Of a stretch of 64,000 nt of DNA, positions 27,134 through 39,712 are shown in pieces. Origin of the DNA: Octopus sinensis (Eukaryota). The notes under the pieces are model-generated. The model had not been told where the DNA came from and did no database searches. It was given only the letters and a program-made list of their open reading frames with translations. The stretch is taken from NCBI RefSeq assembly GCF_006345805.1, contig NC_043018.1:15066001-15130000 (forward strand), given 5' to 3'. The stretch's first letter is position 1, and each line of letters begins with the position of its first letter. The position numbers were made by a program, and so were the translations under genes.

Positions 27134-27501
27134 GTAACATTTTATAGTCTCTGCCACTCAGTCAACCTAATAATAAAAATAACAATAACTCAAAAATTAT
27201 TTGCATCATTCACACAGAATCATGACAAAAATAAAAAAAGAAAAAAAATGGTGACTTCACTCAGAATAAATAAAATTACAAAAGAAGGATTATCTCAATA
27301 TTTTCTACAAAATCTGTTTTTATGACAAAAGAGCAGGTTTAACTTTGATAAATATCATTTCATATCTACACTGAAAAATGAATATGTTTTGTTTTTTTGT
27401 TTAAATCTGAATTTTAAAAGAAATCATATGAAAAATGTTTTTTCACAGCCAAGAGGAGAATATCAAAAAGAGGGGATAGGAAAAAAAAAGAAAAATCTCC
27501 C

Positions 27502-27507
27502 TTTATT
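27502..27507 (-). terminator. Candidate AATAAA polyadenylation signal of the BTB gene
   Basis: AATAAA on the minus strand ~430 nt after the stop codon, just beyond the (AT/AC)n tract. The hexamer is common in AT-rich DNA. Confidence 0.2.
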
Positions 27508-27539
27508 TTGTTTCAATTATTTAGTTTCTTTTGTTACAC

Positions 27540-27594
27540 ACATACACACATACATACATGCATACATATGTATATGTGTGTATTTATGTATATA

Positions 27595-27638
<44 letters not shown>

Positions 27639-27735
27639 CATATATACATATATATATACATATATATATACATATATATATACATATATATATACATATA
27701 TACATATATATATATACATATATACATATATATAT

Positions 27736-27766
<31 letters not shown>

Positions 27767-27801
27767 TGCATACATACACACATATATATGCATATATGTA
27801 A

Positions 27802-27866
<65 letters not shown>

Positions 27867-27890
27867 AACACATACACACATGTTATTCTG
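27540..27890. repeat. (AT/ACAT/AC)n microsatellite in the putative 3' UTR of the BTB gene
   Basis: Seen directly, starting ~50 nt after the stop codon. Confidence 0.95.
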
Positions 27891-27937
27891 TCACAATACA
27901 TGAAAGGTATCTCAGCAAAGCATAGGCAAATGTATCT

Positions 27938-29033
27938 CTAGTTATTAAAATTCTGTGAGGTCTGTATAACCTTCTGTACTTTTATAAAAATACTTCCTAC
28001 TAAATTTCCATCGATGAGATACACAGAATCCTTTTGCGTCAACAATTTCAAGGGTATCACATTCTCAACCACAGCCCCGCAGCTGTCTCGACTAAATGTG
28101 TGGGCCCCGTGGTAGGTGTACACGACATACTCCAAGTCTTTCTTTTTACCATAGAATACTATTGTGAACTCTACTTTAAGGGCCAGATCTGGTGTCACCG
28201 TACAGTCTATGTTCATCATGGTCATGTCTGTCTGACGACCAAGATAACGTCCGTATAACGAGTACGCACTGAAGTAGCCCTTTGAGAAGAATTCCACACG
28301 GAAAGTAAATTTCTTAACAACTGATCGAGAGGGAGCAGCATAAACAATTGGAACGTCAAACATAGCATCGATTTTGCTGTTAATTTTGGTTACTTCCCGG
28401 TACTTCTGAAGACCAATTTTGCAACAAATTGAATATGAGTCATCCGTGTAATTTCGGTAAGGTTCTTTGCCTATATCAGTAAGAACATCAGACGAAAGTG
28501 AATGGTAGCGATAAGCTGCGTTTAATGGTGGACTGAAAATGTCTGGGTTATTACGACACAAATTGGAAGACTCAATGTCCAAGAGTTGGCGTGGTGTCAT
28601 CATACTAAAGCGTAACAGCGGAATTATTTTTGCCAAATTATCTTCAGTTTTTTCTAGTCGGCTTTCAGAAACCACCAGCCATTTCTCAACCTCCTTCCAG
28701 AGAGCAGCTTCACTGCTAACAAGAAGCTCAGAGTTTTTCAAGAACTCTTCAACTTCAGAGTCAGAAACGTCCAGCCAATCAGCTGTGCGAAGAATAAGGT
28801 CAAAGTTTGATGTGATGAATTTCAAGCAGTTGGCTGCCAACTCATCCTGGTTAGTCATTTTGGCATACTGGTACCACGTCAGAGTCCTGTTAGTGTCTGG
28901 TGATTCCACAATGTGTCGCAGCATATAATCCACACAAGACTTACGCAAACTAGACAGAGAGTATTTATCCGCAAGCAAGAGAATTGGAAGGGTCGTGTCT
29001 GTTGTAAGTTCCACTTTGCCACAATAAATATAC
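27938..29033 (-). CDS. BTBD17-like: Terminal coding exon of BTB/POZ-BACK protein: end of BTB, BACK domain and C-terminal beta-rich domain
   Basis: Long open frame [33 protein letters not shown]...[33 protein letters not shown]...[10 protein letters not shown] (BTB/BACK signatures), then PYRNYT and FRVEFFSKG motifs. Acceptor ttttccatgttttccag at 29034 is phase 2, TAG stop at 27940-27938. The first ~35 aa of the track ORF (29137-29034) are intron. Confidence 0.93.
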
Positions 29034-29489
29034 CTGGAAAACATGGAAAATAAAAGAGATGATAAAACGAAACTGAGACGTATCAATGACAATAACAACA
29101 ACATCATCAACAAGGGAACAGAAGTGGGAAACTTCAATTTATTTCAATTGAATTTAAACTTAATTGTAATTCGAATTTAATTATAGCCATGAAACGTACG
29201 TAGTGCTTTTACTTATTATATTATATTTATCATTCTTTTTATACTTTCTGAAAAAAAAAAATCTATATATTATATATTATATTAATTATATTTATATTAT
29301 TTGTTATTTATGTATTGGTTTATTGTCTATCACTGTTTGAGTTGCCTAATAGTGGTTTTATCTCTAATTCATATTTTATATATCTATACTGTGAAATTTG
29401 ATTTATTACTAAATCTAATTTTCCATGTAAGTTTGGAGCCATACTCCCTAATATTATTATATATATATAAAGTTAATCCAAACATGAAA

Positions 29490-29665
29490 ACACAACAACG
29501 CGAGGACGTGGAACAAATATAGTATTATTGGACGCTCAGGAAAGAAGGAAAGAAGGAGGGTTTAACGTTTCGAGCCGAGCTCTTCGTCGGAAACATAGGA
29601 GAAGGAAAGATCCAGAGAAGGGAAGACAGAGGAAAAAAAATCGCCAACGGTACACACGCGGTCAC
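29490..29665 (-). mobile_element. Penelope-like element terminal fragment
   Basis: gacgaagagctcggctcgaaacgttaaa motif on the minus strand. Related motifs occur at 47690-47720 and 31265-31380. Confidence 0.4.
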
Positions 29666-30068
29666 ACATACATATATACATACATATATATATATATATT
29701 TGGCTTTATTACTAGATATACATCATACATCAACCTACTGCTGGTCACTCATCTGTAAAGTAAAAATAAAAGTTGTTTGTGGCAGACAGTAAGAAACGAA
29801 GCAGTCAGAGTTATCTCCCTTGTATAAGAGCATATTTTCCACATCTGCGGTGTTATGTGACTCGAATGGATGATTACGTGGTCTGCCGTCCACCGACATC
29901 AGAAATACATCGACACCAGAAATACATCGACACGTCAAGGACAGAACTTCTGTATGGTTACTCAGCCTTTTAGAGTTATTAGCCAAATCTCCATCACATT
30001 ACGCTTTAGCTTCTTCAAAAAAGAAAAAAGCGCATTGGATAGTTCTAGATACACTATATCCTCAAACA

Positions 30069-30299
30069 GGCGGTGAGCTGGCAGAAACGTTAGCGCGCAG
30101 GGCGAAATGCTTAGTGGTATTTCGTCTGTCGTTACGTTATGAGTTCGAATTACGCCGAGGTTGACTTTGTCTTTCATCCTTTCGGGGTCGATAAATAAAG
30201 TACCAGTTTCGCACTGGGGTCGATGTAATCGACTTAATCCCTTTGTCTGTCCTTGTTTGTCCCCTCTATGTTTAGCCCCTTGTGGGTAGTAAAGAAATA
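30069..30299 (+). mobile_element. SINE family A, full copy with 14-bp TSD, in an intron of the BTB gene
   Basis: TSD tatatcctcaaaca at 30055-30068 and 30300-30313. Confidence 0.9.
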
Positions 30300-30438
30300 T
30301 ATATCCTCAAACAGATTGTTCATGTCTGACTGGGGGAAGGAGCTAAAAAAAAAACATCAACAATGCTAAGACATCTGCTAACAAGGATAAAATGGGAGAC
30401 CCTATTTGATGTATTCAATCAAGGTTTTACTTATTTAC

Positions 30439-30537
30439 TTCAAGAATTGGCCAAAAACTGGAATACACTCATCAGTTTCATTTAATTCGATCTCAGGTTG
30501 ACGAGATTCTCTCCATCGCTCTTCGTTTAACATTGCA
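30439..30537 (-). CDS. BTBD17-like: Internal 99-nt exon of the BTB gene (AMLNEERWRESRQPEIELNETDECIPVFGQFL)
   Basis: Polypyrimidine acceptor ttttccctttttctttctctttcag and donor AA|gtaaat. Phase 2/2 links SEVF(N) upstream to FL(K)YIYCG downstream, the classic BTB core. Too short for the ORF track. Confidence 0.92.
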
Positions 30538-30599
30538 CTGAAAGAGAAAGAAAAAGGGAAAATTAACACCAAATACAATAACACTGTGAGGTACTGAGT

Positions 30600-30912
30600 A
30601 TTTTATGTTTTTTTAGTCTGTTGGTTCGAGGAGCACAACTATTCAACTCCATTCCGGTACATGTCAGAAATCTATCAGGATGCAGTGTGGAATCATTCAA
30701 ATTGCAGCTGGATAGATACTTAAGCACCATTAGAGACGAACACCATCTCCCAGGATATACACAACGAGCACAAACTGACTCAAACTCACTCCTACACATG
30801 TCAAAATTAAACAGAGAATACAACCTGGCAACCACACCAGACTCTGAGGGTGGAGTCTTCGACTTGGCCTGAGCATGGACTCAAACTCAAATGAAATGAA
30901 ATGAAAATGTAA
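30600..30912 (+). mobile_element. CR1/L2-group LINE 3' end with (TGAAA)n tail
   Basis: SLLVRGAQLFNSIPVHVRNLSGCSVESFKLQLDRYLSTIRDE..LPGY...SNSLLHM is a typical ORF2 C-terminus. Confidence 0.75.
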
Positions 30913-31034
30913 TAACACATGTAGATGCATTCAGGGTGTCTTAGAGGATAATAACATCATTTTTCTCAGTTGAGAAATAATCCTGGCAAGTTAGTAGAAT
31001 CCAGTTTGATAATATGAATATAATAATAATAATA

Positions 31035-31225
31035 ATGAAATTATTGTATACAGTGCTCAGGTGCACCACAACTTGTCGAAAGTGCATATAAAGTGAGATG
31101 CATGTGCCTGGTGTACCCTTATCAGACGGGTAGTCATGATGGGTATACTGGGCTTTGAATATTTTACTCCAGTGTCACTTTGATGGCATGCACTGCTCTC
31201 TCACTCAATTATAATAATAATAATA
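31035..31225 (+). mobile_element. Family F interspersed repeat embedded in (TAA)n
   Basis: gcatgtgcctggtgtacccttatcagacgggtagtcatgatggg...ccagtgtcactttgatggcatgcactgctct is shared with 37390-37615, 39070-39290 and 62085-62612. Confidence 0.7.
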
Positions 31226-31402
31226 ATAATAACATTGAAAAATACTTTGGGATGAGAACCCAAGTTCGAAATTTCCCCAAGACACCCGAAGAAGGCTGGA
31301 GGGTATATCAGCTGAAACATTGTGTTAACAACCAGCAAGATGAGGACAAATATCTGTCGAATGTAAATAATGTAAATAATGAACAAATTACTCGTTACTT
31401 AC

Positions 31403-31652
31403 TTGAAGACTTCACTTGCTGTAACTAACAGAAATTTGTGGGCATAATAAACATCACCACAGATGTTCAACCGAATGTCACTGAAATGAGGACTATTGAA
31501 GAGTTCTTCAAAACGGTTGGCCACTGCACATTCATCTTTTACCATTTCTGCAGTAGGGTTCACCAACTCATCGCAGATTTTGTCATCACAGCGTGCAGAC
31601 TTATGAGGTGATGACGACATTTTAACTTTTCGCAACCTAAGCAGCCAATTAC
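31403..31652 (-). CDS. BTBD17-like: Exon encoding the N-terminal half of the BTB domain (FSDIRLNICGDVYYAHKFLLVTASEVF); in-frame ATG at 31620
   Basis: Acceptor ttcttgattttattttacag at 31653, donor AA|gtaagt at 31402. The frame is open from the exon start (phase 1). From ATG 31620 the spliced CDS is 218+99+1096 = 1413 nt, or 470 aa. Confidence 0.9.
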
Positions 31653-31974
31653 CTGTAAAATAAAATCAAGAAACAAAGGTTTATCTTTTGTTAAACAAAT
31701 CGTGAAAAAAAAAAAAAAAAGAGAGAAAAAATTAAAAACTGTCATCAAATGAAAAGGAAATATAGCACCATGATCTGTTTATTTTACACACATACATAAG
31801 GGATGGCTGGTGTTAAGAAGGGCATCCAGATGTACACACCATATGTAAACACCAGATGTAAACACCATGCCAAAAACAGACACTGAAGCCTATTGCAGTC
31901 AAACCATCCAACTCACGCTAACATGGAAAGTGGACATTAAACAGTGATGATGACCACAACGACGTTGATGATGA

Positions 31975-32037
<63 letters not shown>

Positions 32038-33120
32038 TATATATATATACATCTTCATCATTAATATCAGTTTTTTTTCTCCCATGCTGGGTGATTAGCC
32101 AAAACTGTACTTATCAGAGTGGCAGTATGGAAAGTGTTGCAACAGCTTCCTACCGTCAGTACGCTTTCCATACAAGCCACTCTGACGATCACAGACTTAC
32201 ACAATCACCTAATTGCTTAATTTGTGTGTAAAGCTGAGTGTTAAGATCAGCTGAAATGGATCTATAATACTGCGTCCTACATAGATTAACATACTCTCTT
32301 GAGAAACGAGTTCCTAAAAGGGTAATTCTGTCAACAAATCTAAGTTTTTCAACTCACTGTATGTGTGTAAGGGTCAGCTTTATGCTGTTCCCTGTAAGGA
32401 ACATTCCCCTGAGGGTTTTCTCTCTATTGTGAATGGTCACATACACACACGCACATTAAATGCGTGTATGTGTGTGTGTAGGTGTGTGTGCATGTTGTTG
32501 TTGTTTAACCCCAGGTTAAACCAAATTAAACTAATTTATGATCAAAGTCATTCTACCCAAGACGATCATATAAATTTTTTTTTTCAGGCATAATATATCA
32601 TGGATTACATCAATGAATGTGTCCATTAATTTTTCAAGGCAGAAATACGTGATTTGAGTGAGACAAAGATGCAATCTTTAGCAGGCTGAGTGACCACATT
32701 GAGGCTCTCTCTCCTTGGCTTATGGCCATGAGAAGGATGCCTCATTGGCCTTCAGAAAATTAAGACATCTATGTATGTGAGAGTATATAAATGTACTACA
32801 GTGTGTATGTCTACATATGTGTGTGTGTGTGTGTGTATGTGCACATGTGTGTTCCATTTTGCTAGATAGTTGGTGCATGTAGGCTGTAAGCCGAATCATG
32901 GCTCTTGATCATAGGAGGAACAGTAACAACAACAATTTGGTGATAGAAAGGTTAAGGGTGGTCAGCTACTTAGAAGAGAATCCTACCCATAACAGACTAT
33001 GAATACATAACATGTAATAAACATGTTCATTCAGTTGGCAGAGAAGAGCAAGTGCTTAATTAGGAGTTATTGCTCCTGAAAGATTAAGTGACAAAGAGAG
33101 AATGTAAGAGGAAGGAGTGG

Positions 33121-33164
<44 letters not shown>

Positions 33165-33984
33165 CATGTAAGAGTGGCTGAACAATACAATACAATATTT
33201 AAATATATCATAAACAGACCGGTCCATTTAGCTAAAGCTTGTGCATATAAAGGCTGAAATAAATATATTATAAATTGACTGGTCTATTCGACTAAGTGTA
33301 GCGCTGAAATAAATTGCTTGTTGAAATACCTGGTGGGGGGCCTGGAAAGACTCACAGGCTGAACATGGAAAAGTAATTTACTTAAAATTACAGCAAGGCT
33401 TCCTCCTCATTAATAATGTTCTTTGTTTTATTTTATGGAGATTACATAACGAGGTTGTTTTATGCTCTGACTCACGAGGCACAAACGTATAATTAACCAA
33501 GGGGAAAAAAACAAAAAAACAGGGGATCTTGTAGTTGTAATACAGCTTTTGTTAATGTTTACTCTTCTCTCTCTTCTCTTCAGCTTGTTTCAGCCATTTG
33601 ACTGTGGCCATGCTGGAGCACCGCCTTTAGTCGAGCAAATCGACCCCACCAGGACTTAGTCTTTGTAAGCCTAGTACTTATTCTATTAGTCTCTTTTGCC
33701 GAACCACTAAGTTACGGGGACGTAAACACACCAGCATCGGTTGTCAAGCGATGTTGGGGAGGGGGGACAAACACAGACACACACACACACATACATAAAT
33801 ATATATATATATATTTGAACTCAGGATGTGAAGACAGACTAGATGCTGCTAAGCATTTTGCCCTTCATGCTAATGGTTCTGCCAGTTCACTGCCTTAGTT
33901 TCTAAGAATAATTATTAGGAATCCTTGATGTATTTCACAATTTGTTTGGCATCAAAAAGAATATCTACAGACTTATTAAGAGCT

Positions 33985-34305
33985 GCTTTGGTCATGAATG
34001 ACCATGGGATTGCGCCTAGAAAATTTCCCTCTGAGGCACAAGTCGGGGCAAGGTTGTTTATGGAAGACCAGCATTTTCCCATGCATATCAGCCTCCGCTC
34101 TTCGTGCCACTGATGTTATCCAAAGGAAAGACAAACACCGATACAGCTTGGTGCCAGTGACGTCGCAGCTCATTTCTACAGCTGAGTGAACTGGAGCAAC
34201 ATGAAATAAAAGGTCTTGCTCAAGAACGCAACACACAGCCCCGTCTGAGAAATGAACTCACTACCTCGTGATTGTGAGCCGGACGCTCTAACCACTGAGC
34301 CATGC
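33985..34305 (-). mobile_element. tRNA-derived SINE family D
   Basis: Reverse complement of the 53395-53725 copy. Confidence 0.8.
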
Positions 34306-36317
34306 ATCACTATGCAGCAGTTGCAAAATGTGTTTATTGATTATATTAACAAACTTATTGGTTGGGGTAGAAATTGCTCTTTCACAGAGCTATTTGTGAT
34401 TATGGTGTTGCATTTTAGCGAAGATGTTAGTTTTTAGGTTGCCAACTGATGATATCAAGGAACCAATCTTGATCAAAGATATGTCCCTGTTCTAATTAGG
34501 TAAAAGAACTCCTCTAACTTTCAGAAGTCTTGCAGTGCTGCTATAAACTACCGGCTGTGATCTAGGCCACCACACCCCACCCACACATGCAGATAACAAA
34601 TATACAAAGGGAGAAAGAGACCAGTCTATTGCATCCTAACTGGTGTGATAAAACTGGAATAGTATGTTATAAATAGATAGATTCATCCGTTTAGCTACAA
34701 CTGGTGTGTTAGAGCAGAAATGACGTTATAAACAGACAAGTTCATTTAGCTGTGACTGGGGTGTTAAAAATCTGAAAAAATCTGAAAGACCAGTCCATTT
34801 AGCTACAGCTGACATATGAAAGCTGCATTTTAAAATGGGAATATATTGTTTTTCAGCCTATGTCTACCATGGGGTAACTTCGTTCTCAACACTAACTCAT
34901 GACTTGGTTATATTTGACAACTAATAAAGGCACACCTTTACATTGCAAACACTTCTGAAAACTGGACACCTCGTATATAAATAAAAAAGTTCATTATGGT
35001 TTGGATACCAAAACATCCAGTCTGAGGGTAGAGTAGAAACAAAAGCATTCTTTATAAAAGAGCAGGTTGTGACCACTTGGTAATGTTGCAAGGAATATCT
35101 ATATGACAAATGCCACCAAAGTCAGTGTTTATCACAGGGAAACAGATGGTAAGGGTTAGAGTTAGGCCATAGCGATGATTAAAGAAAGACACACAAACAA
35201 AATTCAAATGGTTTGCAACTTTTATAACTTAACCCTTTCGTTACTGTTTTTATTTTGAGATGTTCTTTGTTTCTTTGAATTACTTTAAATATAACAAAGA
35301 ATTTAGTAAATAACTTAGTTATAATTAAGCTAGTGTTAAGCACATAAATTGTGACTAAGGGTTGGTGGAAGATATTAATACAAAACTTATGAAAACAAGA
35401 CATTTGCACTCAGGGCCAGAGCCGGTTTCAGCCGGGTTGGTAACGAAAGGCTTAACATTATGGTAAAGAAAGAAGAATTAATTATGCGAATGTAAACTGT
35501 ACCTTCTCGTAAAGCGGGTGGTGTGATTACCTAACGTTTTGGTAGGGTACTGGTATGTGTCAGTTCATAGCCACTATGCAAATGTATTTACAGAAACAAA
35601 GGATGTTTAACATTGACTCCTACGAACAATAATATGCAATAACAAAGCCTGGAAACCCAGCTGAACAGCTTAGAGACAAAACACTGAGATATTCATGAGC
35701 CGCTGTCTAGTTTGGTAACTGACAATGTGAAAATACTATGGAACTTTAAAACACACAGACACCAAGATAGCAAACGATAAATCTGCCACTGTTTTCCATG
35801 ACAATAGTGCATTAATATTCCACCTGGTAATTCTAAAGAAGAACAATATCAAATAAAAGCAAGCTCAGCTGCTAAGAAATTACACTGACTTAGTTGTCTG
35901 AATATAAATAATACGGAAGCTAAGGAATGTGTCATCATTCGTCACATTTGTAAGTGGTACAACTGGAATAATAACATAACCAATGACACTGACAAATAAG
36001 ATTGACCTATGAATGTTACTGAAAATAGCAACACTAGTGTCTCTAAAACTATTTAGTGCATCTTCACTTAGTATTTGTTCACTATGAATAAACTAGATTA
36101 ATTTATAACTGAGGTACAAGGCCAGAAATTTTGGTACAGGAGGAGTCATGTAACCACGTGACTGACTAGGCTATTACACATCGTTACACATCGCTGGTCA
36201 CAAAGTACTTTTGCATTGTTTTAGCCTTCAGGTGGTGCAACCCTCTGCTGGCTGGGCGAGCAGGCCCAAAGTCCCCCCCCACCCCGATCAAAAGGGGACC
36301 GGAGCAATGTGAAATTA

Positions 36318-37290
36318 AGTGTTTTGCTCAAGAACACAATGTGTTGCCCAGTCAAGGAACTGAACCCATTATCTAGCAATCATGAATGCAGAAAGGCTGA
36401 AGACGCTCGACCTTTATTCTCTAGAAAAACGCCAACGCCGTGGTGATCTCATTCTTGCTCACAACATCATAAGCGGAAAGTGTAACCTCTTGAAGGAGCT
36501 GTTCTTTACTCCTGCTCCAGAGCGTCGGCTGCGGGGTCATTCCGAAAAGCTCTATCTGCAACGATTTCATCTCAATCGAAGAAGAGGGGCTTTCTCCGTC
36601 CGGGTTGTGGATCCGTGGAATAAGATGCCGGACGAGATGGTGAAGATGCCGACGACCGTTCGGTTCAAAGTCTCCCTTGACCACAAGTGGCCTGAACTCT
36701 TTATATGAACACCACCCTGTACATAACTCCATGTCCCCCTACATGGCCTTGCTTTTTGCTTTTTGAGCCAAAAAATTAACTAACTAACCTAACAACTAGG
36801 CCATCATCATCATCACCAAATGTCCTCCTTCCATTCTGGCATGGGTTGGACGCTTTGACCAGGGCTGGCAAGCTGGAAGGCTGCACCAGACTCCAGTCCA
36901 CTAAGCATTTTGCTCCACAAGCCGATGGTTCTGCCAGCTTGCTGCCTAAATCTTCCACCACAGCATATGATTGAGAAGGAAAGGGTGTGATAGATGAATA
37001 AGGAAGGAAGGTGTGATGGCCATCTTGGGAGTGGGAGCATTTCAACTCTGTGTGAGTATATGTGAGTATGTTTGTGTGTGTACCAGGGAAGTATGTGAAT
37101 GTATGTGAACATTGACAAGAGTATTAATTTGATTTACCATCCACATTTATATACAAAATACTTCAATTAGCCATCATTTTTGATGGCACAAGGCCAGCTG
37201 GTAATAACAACAACAACAACAACAATGATAATAACAATAATAATAATAATAATGATAATGACAATAACAATAATAATAATAATAATAATG

Positions 37291-37348
<58 letters not shown>

Positions 37349-38995
37349 TAATAATAATAATAATAATGATAATAATAATGATAATGGGATGGGCTACTCC
37401 ACCTGAAGAAAATTCTAACTGGGCCCCACCAGCAAGGTCATGCGCTATTTATCTTGATATGAGATCACCATGTCGCGCACATATGGTTGTGATGCATGTC
37501 CCTGGTGTACCCTTATCAGACGTGTAGTCATGATGGGTATACTGGGCACCGTATATTTTACCCCAGTGTCACTTTGAGGGCATGCACTGCTCTTTCAATA
37601 AATAATAACCCTTTCTATTAAAGGCACAAGGATTGAAATTTGGGGGGAAGGGGACTAGTCGTTAACATTGACCCCAGCGTTTCACTGGTACTTAATTCAT
37701 CGACCCTGAAAGGATGAAAGGCAAAGTCCACCTCAGCAGAATTTGAACTCAGAACATAAAGATGGACAAAATGCTGCTAAATATTTGGCCTGGCATGCTA
37801 ACGGTTCTGCCAGTTCGCCCAATAAAAGATATATTCTGCTTTACCATAATAAAATAATAAATGCACCCTTTTCAAGCCTAGCCAGGCTCACGGGCCTGGT
37901 TTCCCGGTTTCTATGGCGTATGTGTTCCCCAGCTGGACGGGACGCCAGTCCATTGCAGCGTTACTCATTTTTGCCAGTTGAGTGGACTTGGAGCAACATG
38001 AAACGAAGTGTTTTTGCTCAGAACACAATGTGTTGCCCAGTCAAGGAACTGAACCCATTATCTAGCAATCATGATGCAGAAAGGCTGAAGACGCTCGACC
38101 TTTATTCTCTAGAAAAACGCCAACGCCGTGGTGATCTCATTCTTGCTCACAACATCATAAGCGGAAAGTGTAACCTCTTGAAGGAGCTGTTCTTTACTCC
38201 TGCTCCAGAGCGTCGGCTGCGGGGTCATTCCGAAAAGCTCTATCTGCAACGATTTCATCTCAATCGAAGAAGAGGGGCTTTCTCCGTCCGGGTTGTGGAT
38301 CCGTGGAATAAGATGCCGGACGAGATGGTGAAGATGCCGACGACCGTTCGGTTCAAAGTCTCCCTTGACCACAAGTGGCCTGAACTCTTTATATGAACAC
38401 CACCCTGTACATAACTCCATGTCCCCCTACATGGCCTTGCTTTTTGCTTTTTGAGCCAAAAAATTAACTAACTAACCTAACAACTAGGCCATCATCATCA
38501 TCACCAAATGTCCTCCTTCCATTCTGGCATGGGTTGGACGCTTTGACCAGGGCTGGCAAGCTGGAAGGCTGCACCAGACTCCAGTCCACTAAGCATTTTG
38601 CTCCACAAGCCGATGGTTCTGCCAGCTTGCTGCCTAAATCTTCCACCACAGCATATGATTGAGAAAGGAAAGGGTGATAGATGAATAAGGAAGGAAGGTG
38701 TGATGGCCATCTTGGGAGTGGGAGCATTTCAACTCTGTGTGAGTATATGTGAGTATGTTTGTGTGTGTACCAGGGAAGTATGTGAATGTATGTGAACATT
38801 GACAAGAGTATTAATTTGATTTACCATCCACATTTATATACAAAATACTTCAATTAGCCATCATTTTTGATGGCACAAGGCCAGCTGGTAATAACAACAA
38901 CAACAACAACAATGATAATAACAATAATAATAATAATAATGATAATGACAATAACAATAATAATAATAATAATAATGATAATAATAATGATATAA

Positions 38996-39026
<31 letters not shown>

Positions 39027-39712
39027 TAATATGATAATAATAATAATAATTAATAATAATAATGATAATGGGATGGGCTACTCCACCTGAAGAAAATTCT
39101 AACTGGGCCCCACCAGCAAAGTCATGCGCTATTTATCTTGATATGAGATCACCATGTCGCGCACATATGGTTGTGATGCATGTGCCTGGTATACCCTTAT
39201 CAGACGTGTAGTCATGATGGGTATACTGGGCACCGTATATTTTACCCCAGTGTCACTTTGAGGGCATGCACTGCTCTTTCAATAAATAATAACCCTTTCT
39301 ATTAAAGGCACAAGGATTGAAATTTGGGGGGAAGGGGACTAGTCGTTAACATTGACCCCAGCGTTTCACTGGTACTTAATTCATCGACCCTGAAAGGATG
39401 AAAGGCAAAGTCCACCTCAGCAGAATTTGAACTCAGAACATAAAGATGGACAAAATGCTGCTAAATATTTGGCCTGGCATGCTAACGGTTCTGCCAGTTC
39501 GCCCAATAAAAGATATATTCTGCTTTACCATAATAAAATAATAAATGCACCCTTTTCAAGCCTAGCCAGGCTCACGGGCCTGGTTTCCCGGTTTCTATGG
39601 CGTATGTGTTCCCCAGCTGGACGGGACGCCAGTCCATTGCAGCGTTACTCATTTTTGCCAGTTGAGTGGACTTGGAGCAACATGAAACGAAGTGTTTTGC
39701 TCAAGAACACAA
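36318..39712. repeat. Tandem direct duplication, unit ~1.69 kb (36318-38006, 38007-39690)
   Basis: Near-identical units, each containing a CR1 3' end, family C/F/A/D fragments and (TAA)n. Boundaries fall in the shared agtgttttgctcaagaacacaa. Confidence 0.9.
36386..36800 (+). mobile_element. 5'-truncated CR1-clade LINE 3' end with (TAAC)n tail; duplicated at ~38073-38485
   Basis: ERLKTLDLYSLEKRQRRGDLI...RLRGHSEKL...FSVRVVDPWNKMP is the canonical CR1 ORF2 C-terminus. Confidence 0.85.

Noticed and set aside
29034-29137. Hydrophobic N-terminus MKFPTSVPLLMMLLLLS of the 399-aa ORF, resembling a signal peptide
   Set aside because: It starts at TTG and is read-through of the intronic polypyrimidine tract. 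The acceptor at 29034 joins in frame to the upstream BTB exon.
35503-35573. Acceptor/donor-bounded block in the long intron as the missing phase 2-to-1 linker exon
   Set aside because: In-frame TAG in phase 2 and TGA in phase 1. At most a non-coding exon.
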